Part shown: one piece after another, positions 40,200 through 53,818 of the stretch | Layout of the letters: each line of letters opens with the position of its first letter | Numbering within the stretch: the stretch's first letter is position 1 | Assembly: GCA_964188305.1 (NCBI GenBank) | Contig: OZ076894.1 | Reading direction: 5' to 3' (one strand) | DNA length: 64,000 bases | From: Podarcis bocagei | Taxonomy: Eukaryota | The notes under the pieces: model-generated | Told to the model about the DNA's origin: nothing | The model's input: the letters and a program-made list of their open reading frames with translations, nothing else | Databases searched by the model: none | Made by a program: the position numbers and the translations under genes

Positions 40200-41420
40200 G
40201 TGTTGACATCCGTCGGCCCTGTGCAGGCGCACCCCGCGCCTCCCCGCTCCCGTCCACTGGGGGACGCCGCTGCTTCCCTCGTCCTGCCTCGGCTTGCCCC
40301 GCGCGCTCGGCCCCGCGCCCCGGGCGCGCGCTTACCCAGGCACTTGATTCGGAAGCCCGCGGGGGGCTTGAGGGACCTGCGCATCCAGCCCTCGCGCAGC
40401 GCCTCCAGGTGCTCCTCCTTGCCCTGGATCAGCAGCACCTGCTCGTCGATCCAGCCCAGGAAGAAAGTCTCGGCCACCGCCGCCGTCACCTTCTTGTTCC
40501 AGAAATGCTGCATGTTCTCCTGCTTGAAGTCGGCGAAGATCTCGTAGCCGATGTGGTGGCGACCCAGAGAGTCGCTGCCCGGCGGCGGAGGTGCTCCTTC
40601 CCCTTGCTGCTGCTGCTGCAGCCGCCGCCGCCGCCGCTTGCCCTCGCCTTCCCCGTCGTCGTCGTCCTCCGCCTCTCCGCCGCCGTCCTCCTGCAGCTCC
40701 TCTCGGTGCCTGGCCGGCCGCGAGGCAGCCTCTTCCCCGCCGCAGGGGCTCAGGACGATGGCCAAGGAGTGCGGGGCGATTTGCAAGAACTTCTCCATCC
40801 GGCGAGGCATCGCGGCGTCGGAGCGCCGAAGAAGCAGTAGTCGAAGCAGCCGCTGCCTGGCCAGGAGCGCCGGGCACGGCACTGCGCGCGGCGCTGGCAG
40901 CCTGGCGCGGTTCCCAGCTTCGCCAGGACGGACCGCCCCCGCCGGCCCAGCGGCAGGTTCCGCGTCTCCCCGCCTTCTCCCCGCTCGCTGCACGTGGACG
41001 CCTGGCCCGCCTCCCGGGCGACCCTCAGCGGCGCCGCCCTCTCCCTGCGCCGCGGGCTCCCTCGCAGACCGGCTCCTTTGCCGCGTTTGCTTCAGGTTAT
41101 AAAGCCGCTCTTTTCAAAGCAAAAGAAAAGTTTTAAGGGCGGCACACAGCATCATACAACACTCGAGGAAATTATTAAACTACTTTCGCCCGCCTCCAGT
41201 TCAGGGTTGCCACCCACAGGGCCCCGCTGTGTATTTTAGCTACTGGAAGGTTGGGAAAGGGAACTTAATTCACCGCCTGGAACTTGAGGACTGTTCAGTC
41301 CTGTCAGGCAGCTCTTGAAAAGCGCGCGCGCGGGCGCTGTGAGGAATTGGCAGCCCTGATCCACTGCTAGAGAGCGAGAGAGTGGAAGCGTTCTCTCCCT
41401 CCTCCCGGTCGCACCCCAGT
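40200..41420. promoter_or_regulatory. STOX2: CpG island / STOX2 distal promoter and 5'UTR
   Basis: Very GC- and CpG-rich block in AT-rich surroundings, spanning the first exon and its upstream region; GC boxes and a (CG)n run near 41322. Confidence 0.8.
40336..40810 (-). CDS. STOX2: Storkhead-box protein 2, first coding exon of the long (distal-promoter) isoform
   Basis: Translates MPRRMEKFLQIAPHSLAIVL...HHIGYEIFADFKQENMQHFWNKKVTAAVAETFFLGWIDEQVLLIQGKEEHLEALREGWMRRSLKPPAGFRIKCL-G, matching the storkhead N-terminal block as recalled for STOX2. ATG at 40810 (second ATG 40798); phase-1 donor G|GTAAG at 40336/40335. Lies next to TRAPPC11 as in other vertebrates. Confidence 0.93.
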
Positions 41421-44400
41421 TCAACAAGTCACCTGGGCCATTGTAAATTCCTTTAAAACTTCAAAGGATGAAATCAGACCTACAGAACCTACTCGCAATT
41501 TACATGTCACTTGAAATAAGCAAGATACCGTACAAGATGATGGTTGTCTACCTTTTCTGTTTTTAATTCTTACATAACATTCTCTTACAAAGAGTATAAG
41601 ATAAACGATGACAACTGTATAATTGGTGCACTAAGATATGTAATATGCATACAGACACACACATATATCACACACATTTTTTTAAAAAAACATTCTTTTC
41701 TTACTACCTGAATAGCAAACTTGGCGACAGCTCCTCGACTATTATTACTGGTCATCTTGTGACGAGAGATAGTATTTTAAAAATTCTGAATTGACAGCTA
41801 TTTAAATACTGAGGGATTATTTTAATTATTATATATCTCACCATGGGCATAATTTAACCAATGCAGTATTATCTTCAAGCATCATTGATTACATTGGAGA
41901 GCCAGTATATATTGAATTTAATTGTTGCTATCTAAATAAGATGAAGTGTTTTAATTTTGCTGATTCATGAAATTTAAATTTTTATCACTTTAGAAACATG
42001 TTACCTATCTCAAACTTTAGGTTCTGAAAGGTACAAACTTTAAGGGTTGGGTGGGTTTTTAAAACACATAGCAGCTTAAAATGTTTAAAATACAAAAAGC
42101 CCAGTAAATCTAAACACCCAAATAGTTTTACCAAAATCCACCAAACCAAAGCAGAGAAAAGGGGTTAAAAAGGAACAGTATCCCAATACCGTGCCCAGTG
42201 CACAACACTTCATCCTAGATTTATTTTTTAAAATGCAAAATAATGGCATGGTGAAAGCATTTTGTTTCTGTTATAAGGTTGTGTTTTACTTTCTATTATC
42301 TGTTACAGATCTGATGTGCATAAGTGTCCATTCTTCCCAGTGGACTTCAGGGAAAACTACTATCTGTAAAACAAAATACTAAATACTGACTGACTCATTT
42401 GTGGTTAAATAGGAATGTAGGAGACAAAACTCGAAAGGAAAGTAATAACTGTACTACCAAAAGTAAAGTTACAGTTAACATTAATGCCCTTGATAGCACC
42501 AGGCTATGGTTGATAGAGGCCCTAGGCACCATGATAACTGTTTTAACAAAAACTTTAAAAAGTATATTGTAAATTATACTCTAGTGTCCTTTCTTCAGTG
42601 CTTCCCTAGAATGGACTTGTTAGGGAGTCCATGTTCTCTTGTAATCTCTTCCAGCTGCAAGTATTAACTGCAGCTATAATTTCAGGGTATCACAGAATTC
42701 TCTGGATTGTGGCCATGTTCCACATTAATAACACCGCCATGAAAGCTGCAATCATATATCACTTCTTCCTTCTCTGCTTTGTGCCATTCCCTGTATTCGA
42801 CTGGATCTAGCAACAGATAAACAAAATAACCTTGATGACTACTCTTACTTGTTGAAACTAGTCTAAATTAATTTAAGCATGTATGTGGGAAGGAAAATGT
42901 TGAGAACAAGGCAAATGAAGAGATAATTGTAGGTAATTTGTCTAAAGGTTTTCTGGCTGGGGATAGTATTTCACGCGCACGTGGGCAGCGAGGCATACTC
43001 TTAGAACAGAACCTGATCAAGGCAGTACGTATAAATCTTTTTTAGTTGACAATATATTGTGCCATACACTGAAAATAACTGCCCATGAATTAGCACTTCT
43101 GGGTTGTTTTGTTTTTCCTGCAGCTTCTAAACAGATAGTAGGCCAAGCCCAAACAATACCCAACTGTCTTTAATTTATCCTTTTAACTGCTACCACCATG
43201 CAAAGTAAGTGGGAGACATAAAGGAAAAATAAAGTTTCCTGCTAAATGAAACATATCCCTGACGTCATGCCACCACAATATTAATTTTTATGTATTTCTT
43301 TAGGTTTACAAACCACTTAATTGCAAGTCTCAAAATGGTGTATCAATAAGACACAACTAAAATTAACAAAATGATTTCACACAGACACACAAAATTATAT
43401 TATTACTGAGGATTAGATTCCTCATTTGTACTGTTACAAGGATAATTAGCTGACATCACAACTCAGCACTGACTGAAGCTATTCCAGTGTGATTTTCCTA
43501 TAGATTGGGTGGCTCCCAAGAATTAGGATTATAACGGCAGCCAAAATATCTCCTTTCCCCACACACATATATAATTACTCTTTTTTTTACACTCAAACAA
43601 AAAGACAACTGCAGCAGTAGTCTATTTCCTTCTCATTGTTTTCTTCATTTTAAAAATGCAAATGTAAACACTTACTGAGGTAGGTGTAAGCTTAAATAAA
43701 GTGTTTTGCGCCTCTGTAGTCCATAAGGGTTGCCAGCACTTTCAGAATTTGGGTACTGGTATGAAAATAAACATCAGGATCCAAATCTTTTGCCAGCTGA
43801 ATGAAAGAGTAAAATGGATAATAAGCAACTGCTAGCCATCTATTTATAGAGTTTGCTTGCCAGATCCGTAACCTGACCGGAATCACCTGGTGCTGTAGTA
43901 AACCCCTATTGCAGCAGTGGGGAATGTCTGTTCAGTGGCTTGCAAGTGCTAATAACCAGCTGATCATCGGGGCTTGCAAAGCACAGTGCATGGTGCTTTG
44001 CAAGCCCCAGTGCAAAGCTGATTGCCGGGGCTCCCATGCTCAGAGGTATGAAAAATGGGTCACCTGGCGTAATTATGACAGGTGAATAATAGGTGGATGG
44101 CCTGGCTAACCTGTCAAACATGGCCTGTGAGTGAGATGCAGCCCTCCACCCAGATGCAGTTCCCCACCTCATCCTTATTGGGTCACATCTAAATAAACTT
44201 AAGAGTTCAGCACTGCAGCTACTCCCCTTTAAAAAATAAATAAATCAAAGAATGTTTTTTGATTTTGAGGGCCTAGTCATTTTTCCAAGACACGGAAGTG
44301 TATGAAGCTTCCGGGGTTACTTGGTTTCGATTCATTCTGAAGTGGGAAATAACCGCCAGCTTTTACTTTGCTGTAAATATCAGCTGACACTGATAATTTT

Positions 44401-44583
44401 GGGCTTGCACAAGTGGGGACATACCTTTGCTGGTGGCAAAGAAGGGATAGGGGCTCTTTTGGCCCATTGATTGAAGTGTAACTGGTCCTAGTGCTTTCTC
44501 TCTCCCCTGTAACTCAGCAATTATGTCCAATTGCTGAGCAAGCCATAGAGACACAACACTGAGAAAAACCTTATACTCTAGAT

Positions 44584-44759
44584 CAGTGGTTCCCAATTGT
44601 TGGTCCATGGAACTCGGGGTATCTGCATAACCCACCCATGGCACCATTCACATGGTAACAAAAACTACTATAGACTTATAAAAAATTTCAAAAGTAGGGG
44701 GTCCACTTGGCTTTTGAAAAACAGGGTGCCTGCAGTGCTTAGCTAATTAGGAACCACTG
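44584..44759. mobile_element. Old hAT (Charlie-like) MITE
   Basis: TIR CAGTGGTTCCCAA / TTAGGAACCACTG; TSD CTCTAGAT vs CTGTAGAT. Confidence 0.7.
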
Positions 44760-47463
44760 CTGTAGATTTTGATCCTTTTAATGGTTTGCTACTTATGTTA
44801 TATTGAATCATTAGAAACAAATGAAAATAGAAAGAGCAAAACAGTTTTTAATATTGCAATGACAAAATGTACCAGTGATTTGTGGTGGGGCATATGTACA
44901 TCTAACAGAAATAAAAAGGATTTATATACTTTTTTTTTTTTGCACAGAGTAAACATTTAAGATGTAATGTGCAAAGTTACAAATTAAAAAAATGTTGCGC
45001 TTAACACATAGTTTACAAAGGGATGGAATGTAGAAACAAGTAAAACCGAAATACACTACCAGCGGGTGGTGGTGGTTGTTTTCTTTTTGGCGGGTCTTCA
45101 CTTGTGTTTATATAATAACCTTTTAGTAAGAGAAGACAGACGGCTCCGTTGTACAATAGCCTACGGGTCTGGACACACCCTACAACACTCTGCCATCACA
45201 ATGACAAAATCAATAAAGAAAAGTGCTATAACCTTGACTTAAAATGGAAAGGAAACCACTAACCTATATTAAAAAGATATGCCATCAGCACAATGTATTT
45301 TTTCATTCTCTTCTTCAATAGCTATTATTTTAGGTGTATGTATGGATTTTAAACTATTTGCCACAAGATTGTTCATGCTTAAGGTTTCTGAAGGCCATAA
45401 TTCCTTAGTGACTACCAGCATGAAAAGTCTTTAATCCCCCCACTAGATGTTTGGAAATTCTTCTAGTAAAGATTCCAGATCTCCCCCCCCCCCCAGTTGC
45501 TGTTGCTTTTTTTTTAATGTATCAGGAATGTTGTTAAGGGGCAAGCATTTCATGTCAGATCTTTCTCTTCCTTTTGCAAAATAACTATAAAAAAACTCTT
45601 TCCCCCCCTTGCTTACAGGGTGACCTAGCACACCCTGCTGTGCAGTGCCAATGAGACCATAGCCATCCAACATTTTAATTTGCCCAGACACATTTATGTC
45701 ATGGGCCTGTGATCCTGGCCTTTTAAATACTGAAGAACACCCCAGTTCTTTATTTCCCAAACCTGCTTTGTGTTTTTGCATGAATTGTTCATTAAGAAAC
45801 AAGAAACACAAGTAACAAAAGAGATTGTAAACTTCTTGGAGGAGAGACCAATAAAAAAATTCCAACACAGGGAAGGGAAATGGACGGAAGGATAAAGCAG
45901 GGCAAGAATGTGTGTTCAGTTTGGTTCCACATAAACTTAGCTTCAATAAGGGTTGAAGATTAAGGGGTTGTGCCAAAGGTTTAACTAAAAAGGTGGCTTT
46001 AGAAGGAGGACAGAATTAATGCAATGCAATGTGCTCTGAAATGGTGTTCCAGAGATGTATTTCCTTTGTTGTTTATGCAATCAAACATACTGAAAGCCTT
46101 CAAACAATAGAAGAGACTGGGGGTTCTTGAACAAGTAGATAACCATTTTTTTCTTGTCAAGTTCCATGACTCTTTGACAGGGTCATGTGCAGGCTTCATG
46201 TTGGTGGCAAAAAGGGGATCTTATACTGTTAATGCAAATGAAAAATCAGGAGGACTTAATGCATCTTCTACCCTTATGGTCTATTTTTACTCACATTGGT
46301 TGTAAAGTCCACCAGAGTGCACTTTATACAGCGTCTGTGGGCAGATTTTTTCCTTCCTTTAGACCTTATGAAAGGCAAGCCAACTTTTTAAGGGCTCAAG
46401 AGATGGCATTTATAATGCTGCTAATACTATGTGAAGAAAATCAATGTTGGATTGGTGGACTAGAAAGGCTGCCCCTCTTAGGAATGGCTTAAAGATGCTC
46501 ACCCAGTGATAGACCACAAATAATCAGCTTGTATTTTAACCAAACATCAGAATTTTGAAGAAAATAAATGTGCTTGTGAAAGTCTTAAATTTAAAATTTC
46601 AAAGCAGCAAAAAAAAAAAAGCAAATAAAATTCAGCCTCAACTCAGCATTGTTATGTCTGGGATGTTGCAGCTCAACTTATGCAATGGTTAGTAAGCATA
46701 AGATTTCAAGAGCAGCTTTAAGATCAAGCTAGACTGATCTTGCAGCAATAACTGGTCAGTTTACTTCTAAAGCTTGTATATCCCATCTCAGTTGCACAAC
46801 ATACTTCTTCAGGATCAACACTGCTTTGTTACAATTATTATTTTATTTCTACAATTTGTTATTTTCTGGTTTAAAGCAACTTGATTTATTCATTTTTTCA
46901 TCAAAATGAGGTTCACTGCATTCATGAGGCTAGAGGAAGTTAGTCACATATTTTCTCTTCTCCCTTGTCCCTCAGTATAGTTGTGTCATTATTTATTTAT
47001 TTATTTTTTAAAAAGACATTTGGTTCATTTCCAGATAGCTGCTTATCCGGTCAGCTGGCCACAATAGTAGCACTGAGGCAGATCTTGCCATGGTCTTAGA
47101 TTCCTTTAGGAGGAAGATGAAGACATATCCACCTCCACTAGGTGTTTGAAGGTGAGGAAGTATACTTTTTGACATTGGGTTGGTCATCAATACTACCATA
47201 TGGGTGACCCTTTTATTAGTACAAAGCCAGCTACAATAATGCCAAATGCTACTTTAGAAACCTCCTTCAGGTTACAGGTGTAAACCTGCTTCGGATGACA
47301 TTTATGCCATTTAAAAATATTACCGTATTTTTCGCTCTATAACACGCACCTGACCATAACACGCACATCGTTTTTAGAGGAGGAAAACAAGGGGAAAAAT
47401 ATTCTGAATGAAACAGTGGACGTATCATTTTTGTGCTTCATGCTGTGGCCACAGACATGTGAT

Positions 47464-47850
47464 CTGATGGTGAATTTGGGGTGACCCAATGCAAAAATCC
47501 TGAGAATCCCTGTGGATCCATGCTTTGTAACCACGTTTTTGCACCATTGCAGCCCCAGGCAACAGTGGGTGCGTGATTTTTTTTGGGGGGGACAGGCTGT
47601 AGTCATGGACATGCTATGTGCTCTGATGGTGAATTTTGGCTGACCCAATGCAAAGATCCTGAGGATCCATGTGGATCCATGCTTTGTAACCACGTTTTTG
47701 CACCATTGCAGCCCCAGGCAACAGTGGGTGCGTGATTTTTTGGGGGGGGCAGGCTGTAGCCATGGGCATGCTGTGTGCTCTGATGGTGAATTTGGGGTGA
47801 CCCAATGCAAAGATCCTGAGGATCCATGTGGATCCATGCTTTGTAACCAC
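47464..47850. repeat. About 158-bp tandem repeat, about 2.4 copies
   Basis: Unit starts CTGATGGTGAATTT at 47464, 47623 and 47780. Confidence 0.9.
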
Positions 47851-48138
47851 ATTTTAAGTGGGGAGGGAAGGAAAAACACAGAAGGCTAAGAATGCAGGAG
47901 AGGGCTATAACGTGAGGAAAGGAAGGCAAAAGTTTCCCCCCACCCACCCACCCAAGCCAGCCAGCGTGTGCTCTCTCTCTCTCTCTCTCTCCCTCTTTAA
48001 ATGGAAGAAAGCATATTTGAATGCTGTGTGTCTCCAAAAACAAAAAGCAGGAAGTCAAATCAGAATTTTAAGCCGAACCTGTAGTCTCTCTTCCCTTTAC
48101 AAACATTGTTCCTCCGGAGCAGGGGCAGGATAGAAGGA

Positions 48139-48505
48139 CGGACGCTCTGCTTTCCCTCTCTACTTGCCTGGAGGGGAGGGGCTTTCCCTGCTCTTTGTTC
48201 GGACGCTCTGCTTTCCCTCTCTACTTGCCTGGAGGGGAGGGGCTTTCCCTGCTCTTTGTTCGGACGCTCTGCTTTCCCTCTCTACTTGCCTGGAGGGGAG
48301 GGGCTTTCCCTGCTCTTTGTTCGGACGCTCTGCTTTCCCTCTCTACTTGCCTGGAGGGGAGGGGCTTTCCCTGCTCTTTGTTCGGACGCTCTGCTTTCCC
48401 TCTCTACTTGCCTGGAGGGGAGGGGCTTTCCCTGCTCTTTGTTCGGACGCTCTGCTTTTCCCCTCTTCTTGCCTGGAGGGGAGGGGCTTCCCCTGCTCTT
48501 TGTTC
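48139..48505. repeat. 61-bp minisatellite, 6 copies
   Basis: Unit CGGACGCTCTGCTTTCCCTCTCTACTTGCCTGGAGGGGAGGGGCTTTCCCTGCTCTTTGTT at 48139, 48200, 48261, 48322, 48383 and 48444. Confidence 0.95.
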
Positions 48506-49107
48506 CGTTTGAGCAAACACAGCAAGGAAACAGAGAGGGCGGGCAGTAAGACCCTGAGGCAGAATGCAGGAAAGCTGCCACTTGCTCTCTTCAGGCTTCC
48601 CTTCTCCCTGAAGCGCGGTTTGATTTTTGCCTCATTTTTCGGCTCCAGGGACCACACATTCGCTCCATAACACGCACAGACATTTCCCCTTCCTTTTTAG
48701 GAGAAAAAATCTGCGTGTTATAGAGCGAAAAATACGGTATCTCCTAAACCTGTATCATACTATAAAGACACTATTCATCTCATAAATTGCTGTAAAAATT
48801 CAGGATAGCACTCCTTGGTGCTTAGATCGCACTTCAAGCATTCCGAAGTGCATTGCCTATGTTATGCCAGCAATTGTCAACAGACCTGGAAATTAAGCCA
48901 GTTGTTATCCTCATACTGCAGATGAAGGGACTGAAGCTGAGAAAAGGCAACTTGCTTAAGGCCTAGCAAGTTCATGGCTGAGGAGATATTTGAACAAGGA
49001 AATTTCCCAGCTCACATTGTTAGCTCACATTGTACCCTGGGCTCTGATCTTCCTTTAGATCCAAAAGGAGACACACTATGAGATCCAAAAGCCAAAGCTT
49101 AAATTAA

Positions 49108-49146
49108 TTTATTGAACAATGAAAAAAATCACGAAACACTTTTATT
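49108..49146 (-). terminator. TRAPPC11: Candidate TRAPPC11 polyadenylation signals (two AATAAA)
   Basis: TTTATT on + at 49108-49113 and 49141-49146, about 1.2 kb past the stop codon. Confidence 0.5.
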
Positions 49147-50348
49147 TACATGATTTACTGTGACCGGCTCACATGAACATTGATAGGATGAATTTCTGTT
49201 AACTAATTGACATTCTGCATGGAGAGTTAACCCTGATAGAGATTGACTGGATAAAAGTCTGAAGACTGGATGATATTGCTGCAGTGTAATGGCCTTTTTC
49301 CACAAAATGGCTTCCAGTTAGCAACTAGAGTTTACAGTAGAAAGCATTTTTAAGCCAGTCCATGGTAGCAGACCTGGCTGTGAACTGCTAAAATTAAGCA
49401 TATGGCTTCACACATGAGCCAAATGTTTCAGCTTCTCCCAAAAGGCCTACCATAGCAATAGGATAGTTTTGCAAGGGTGGCCAAGCATTTAAGATGCATT
49501 TGGCTACTTGATAACAAAATCCAGCCATATCATTTTGTAGTATTGTGGTATTTAGGGTTTCTCTTCTCCTATAGTAAATGACTGTCAAAGGATGCTGAAG
49601 AGCTGCTTGAAAAAGCCAAGGGTTGTTCAGTGGCAAAGTTGCCATTAGGAACTAGCAGCTTCTCAATACTGCTATCATTGCCTCTTCATGAGAAAGGCCC
49701 CCAAAACAGCTTCCCAGTGGTTTGCACAGCACTACTAATAGCCAGCAACTCTCAATTATCACCAGATGCAAGCACAAAATGACACTTATTCATGGAATGC
49801 TTCAAATTATCAATCATGCATCAAGTAGCTAGTGCCTAAGAAGACAATAAGCATATGAAGTGAATCCTGTTCTGTACTCGAAACATAGAAGGGCACAAAA
49901 AGCAGGTTCTAAAAGCAAGTGAGACTTAAATGCTATAGAAATTGAGGGCCAGTGGTGGAATCAGTTATTATAGCAAACACCACAGGCGTTGCACCTCAAA
50001 GACTGGCTACTGAAGGCAGAATAAATTTTCTTCTTCTTTTTAGCCAAGTTAACGTCATTCATATTGCCAAAATATTCCATATACATAATAAATAGCACTT
50101 CCGTTTCAGTGAAGTCCAAGAAAAAACCCGCACACTTAGAAAAACCCGCACACGCAAAATTAGAACACTGACTTTCCCCCATATATTATTTGTTCGAATC
50201 AAGTCCATAAAGAGACTCAATTAAGACTTTAAGCAGTTGTTTTGGCTTTTAAGTTTTTCATTTGTAGACTGAGCAAAATTAGTTTGGAAAAAGCAGAGTT
50301 CTATAAAGTATGTGCAAAACTCTCCCCCTTAAGTGCATGAATCCACAG

Positions 50349-50393
50349 TTACGCAGCAGCGATAGAAGCATCATCTGGTTGACGGCCCTGTGG
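50349..50393 (-). CDS. TRAPPC11: TRAPPC11 last coding exon (PQGRQPDDASIAAA*)
   Basis: 45 bp after an AAG acceptor; TAA at 50351-50349; matches the ...SIAAA terminus. Confidence 0.93.
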   Translation of the reverse strand, partial: PQGRQPDDASIAAA

Positions 50394-52604
50394 CTTTAGA
50401 AGGAAGAGAGAACAGATTTAATATTTAAGTTGAATCTACAAGTATACAGCAGTACAGTACAAATCTACATACCAATATTGGTTTCTTGCCTTTTAGAATT
50501 CACTCAGCCCCAAACTGTAAATCCACTGTACTGCAATTCATGGCACAGACTAATATTACTTAGAAGCAGATGCAGCTAGAGTAGCATCCTCCTCCTAGCA
50601 GCTACGTTGGGATTCATTGGGGTGGGGTTGGAACAAGCCAGTGGCGAGGTTCAGGAGCTCTGGACCTGCAGTGGTGGCATTCTTCACCACCAAACCAGAG
50701 CTTCACTGACCTCACCGCCTCCTTGCCCCCCATCCTCATCCTCACCCCCAGCCCTCTTCATGTGCAACTGCTGCTTAGAAACTCTGCATATTTACTGTAG
50801 AGAAAGTTGCCTAGGGTTCTACTCTTAAAAATATTTAATTGGAGGCACGTCCCATTGAGATTAGTGAGCACTGAAGGATTGTTAAAACAAACACTGTTAG
50901 GCGTTGGCTACAAGGAAGCAATGAAGTTCAGGCTATAATGATGAAGAGCATTACATTCATTCACTGGTGGAAATAATGTAAGAGTGATTTTTCATATTTT
51001 CTTGGATCACTTCTAATCCAAACAAAAAGGAGTTTGGACATGTGTTAGTTACAGCAGAGTCACAGGCAGAAGGCGGCAATAATTAGATGGCAACTGCACT
51101 TTGAGCATCCTTCTCTTTTTTCGGATTTCCATCAGCAAGCTGCTCCACTATTAAAAAAATGTTTATCTAATGTCTCTCATTCTGTGGGACTAACAATACT
51201 GCATTTTGTTACTCTTAAAGAAGATAAATACATGCCACTTAATTAGAAACTTTACAGCATGAGCAAGATGACTCCTATCATTCTTCCAGATTTGTAAAAT
51301 TCCACCTAGTTTTCAAAAACATTAGTAGCAATAGCTTAGAATGAATTTTGAACTGATGTCACTGGCTCCAACAGTCTCTATAGATACAATGCACAAAAGT
51401 ATAACTTGCAAAATGACAATTCTTTAGCATTTAAGACCACAATTTTATTACATCTAAGCAACTACAATACTTATAATGGCAAGTATCTTTAACATTATTT
51501 CAGTGCTGAGGGATTATTAAGTCTAACACAATCCGGGACTCAGTTTATTCAACTTTTTTTCCTTTAGAGCAGAAAGGGAATGAAATGTATCCCTTAGGGA
51601 AGCCCCCCACCCTCTTTTAGGAAGAGAAACTAATATTGCCATGTATGAGAGTATGGGCAAGAAGGAAGTACAGCTAAAGATGCTACACATGCTTAGAGCT
51701 TCTTTCCCAAAGGCAGCAGGCTTATGTCTCTAGCTGGCAAAAAGGTGTAGCAACGTAGGTGGTTCATCTCAATAGTATATTGATTGTCAGAATGTATGGG
51801 AAACACCCATCCTTTTTGGCTGTAATGCAAATCAAGTAGAATGAAGAGCTATGACAGGGGAGGGGATTAGGTTGTGTTTTTTTAAATGTAGTTCACAAAA
51901 GGCACATCACATTTTTTCAACTATTTCACTAACACTGCCTGGACATGTCTCTTCCTAGCCACTAGCGTAACAGTAACATAATGAGTATGAATATTTCAAT
52001 TAACGTAGACCAATTCTTGCTATGAAAAAAAGGGCTTGGGAGAAAAGACTCATTAATCAACTTCATAGTGCCTAATAATTCCACTATCATATGAATACTT
52101 TTAACAAATGCCAAAGAAGCCATTGGTGCTTTGTGTTCATATTAGACTCTTTTCAATTCCAGTTATTTCCAGGTTTGATTTAGCATCATGGTAATTCATA
52201 ACCCAAAGAGATATTTACTCTATCTTGAAACTATTTCAACTAAGCATCTTACAAATTATATTTGTATATTTGAAATATAATATGAAATAGCAGCTATTGT
52301 TTGCCTAATTTTAATTTGGATCACAGACTACAGGCAGAAGCTTTAGCACATTTTACAGACTGAATAGATACTCTGGTTCTCTCATAAAATGATGTAAGCT
52401 AGTCTTAACAGGAAGTATTTCCTCAGAATCCCAATTAAATTATTGCAAAATGCAGTCAACAAGAGCCTTCTAATTGACTATACTCCAAATTATAGATTTG
52501 CTTCTTACATTTTGCAATTTCTGGGTAGATGCTATGCCAGCTTGAAAAGTCTAGCCTAATACTCAACTGTCTTTAAGCAAGACACATGTACTGAAATAGC
52601 TCTA

Positions 52605-52802
<198 letters not shown>

Positions 52803-53080
52803 CTAAAAATACAGTTCAAAGTCCGTAATCAGTCCTTTTTTGGGATTTCGATCTCAATCTAGGCTATTTAAACGTTTGTCTGAAGCAGTGAATCATTAGT
52901 ATGTTCTTTTTATTCCCACTCAATTTCTCAACCTCCTCGCTCTTTCAACTTTAACCTTGTAATTTCAACCCTCCTGACCGGCACTTGCAAAGGCTCAAGT
53001 ATATCTTGTGACTGTTACAAGTTGTCTGTTTCTTAAATGGCAGCTGCTGAAGTCACAACCGTATCAGAGTTCCCCATGGA

Positions 53081-53412
53081 AAAGGTAAAGGACCCCTGGA
53101 TGGTTAAGTCTAGTCAAAGGTGACTATGGGGTGTGGTGTCCATCTCGCTTTAGGCCAAGGGAGCCAGTGTTTATCCACAGTCAGCTTTCCAGGTCATGTG
53201 GCCAGCATGACTAAACCGCTTCTGGTGCAATGGAACACCGTGACGATTTCCATAGCACACAAAACACTGTACCTTCCTGCCGCAAAAGTACCTATTATCT
53301 ACTTGCACTGGGATGCTTTCAAACTGCTAGGTTGACAGAAACTGGGACAGAGGAACAGGAGCTCACCCTGTCACACAGATTCGAACCGCTGACCTTCCGA
53401 TTAGCAAGCCCA
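53081..53412 (-). mobile_element. Sauria SINE (diverged)
   Basis: Reverse complement resembles the 61-kb copy: AAAGGTAAAG tail, GGTCATGTGGCCAGCATGAC, TTCGAACC. Confidence 0.82.
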
Positions 53413-53818
53413 TGTAATGAATGGGAGCATACAGTTTAAGGTAATAAACCATACAATTTCCTACCACCATCATTCTTTTCTTTCCCTACCCTCTCTCTAC
53501 TCTAGTTTCTCTCTCAATTATAGATAAATGCAAAGTTCCCCCCATATATATCTGTATATACAAACTTAATATTTCAGATTTATGTAAAAAGTCATTCTTC
53601 CCTCAAACAAGGATATCTTGTGGTTTTTATTCCCCAGTTTCTCCACCTCTAAGTTTTGCAAATGGACACAATATTCAGAACACTATTGGACATGTTTAGG
53701 ACAATCAAGTTATCCTATGTGTGAGTCAGATAATAGTTTGAAGGTATGCAAGAGGTTTTTTCCAATATCCCACAACTGTAACAAAATACTTCTTTTAAGT
53801 TTGGAGTCTAAGCCATAC

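Larger units (their letters stand above)
47323..48737 (+). mobile_element. pogo/Tigger-like non-autonomous element family C (long form, with two minisatellites)
   Basis: Perfect TIR CCGTATTTTTCGCTCTATAACACGCA, TA TSD on both sides; subterminal sequence shared with 39697-39949. Confidence 0.88.

Noticed and set aside
1-40335. Further STOX2 exons (winged-helix exon or proximal first exon)
   Set aside because: No matching peptide seen in the ORF track or by eye; they probably lie left of the window, though short exons could be missed.
40157-40993. 278-aa ORF as the full STOX2 exon
   Set aside because: Starts at GTG upstream of the conserved ATG (40810) and runs past the splice donor at 40336; the extensions are GC-rich open frame.
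40061-41136. Several long plus-strand ORFs over the CpG island
   Set aside because: Antisense shadows of a stop-poor GC-rich exon; no recognisable protein.
45443-45976. 177-aa minus-strand ORF between TRAPPC11 and STOX2
   Set aside because: TTG start, homopolymer-derived residues and no recognisable domain; treated as a chance ORF.
47337-48670. Repetitive ORFs, or a CRISPR-like array
   Set aside because: Translations of tandem repeats; units are contiguous with no unique spacers, and the DNA is eukaryotic.
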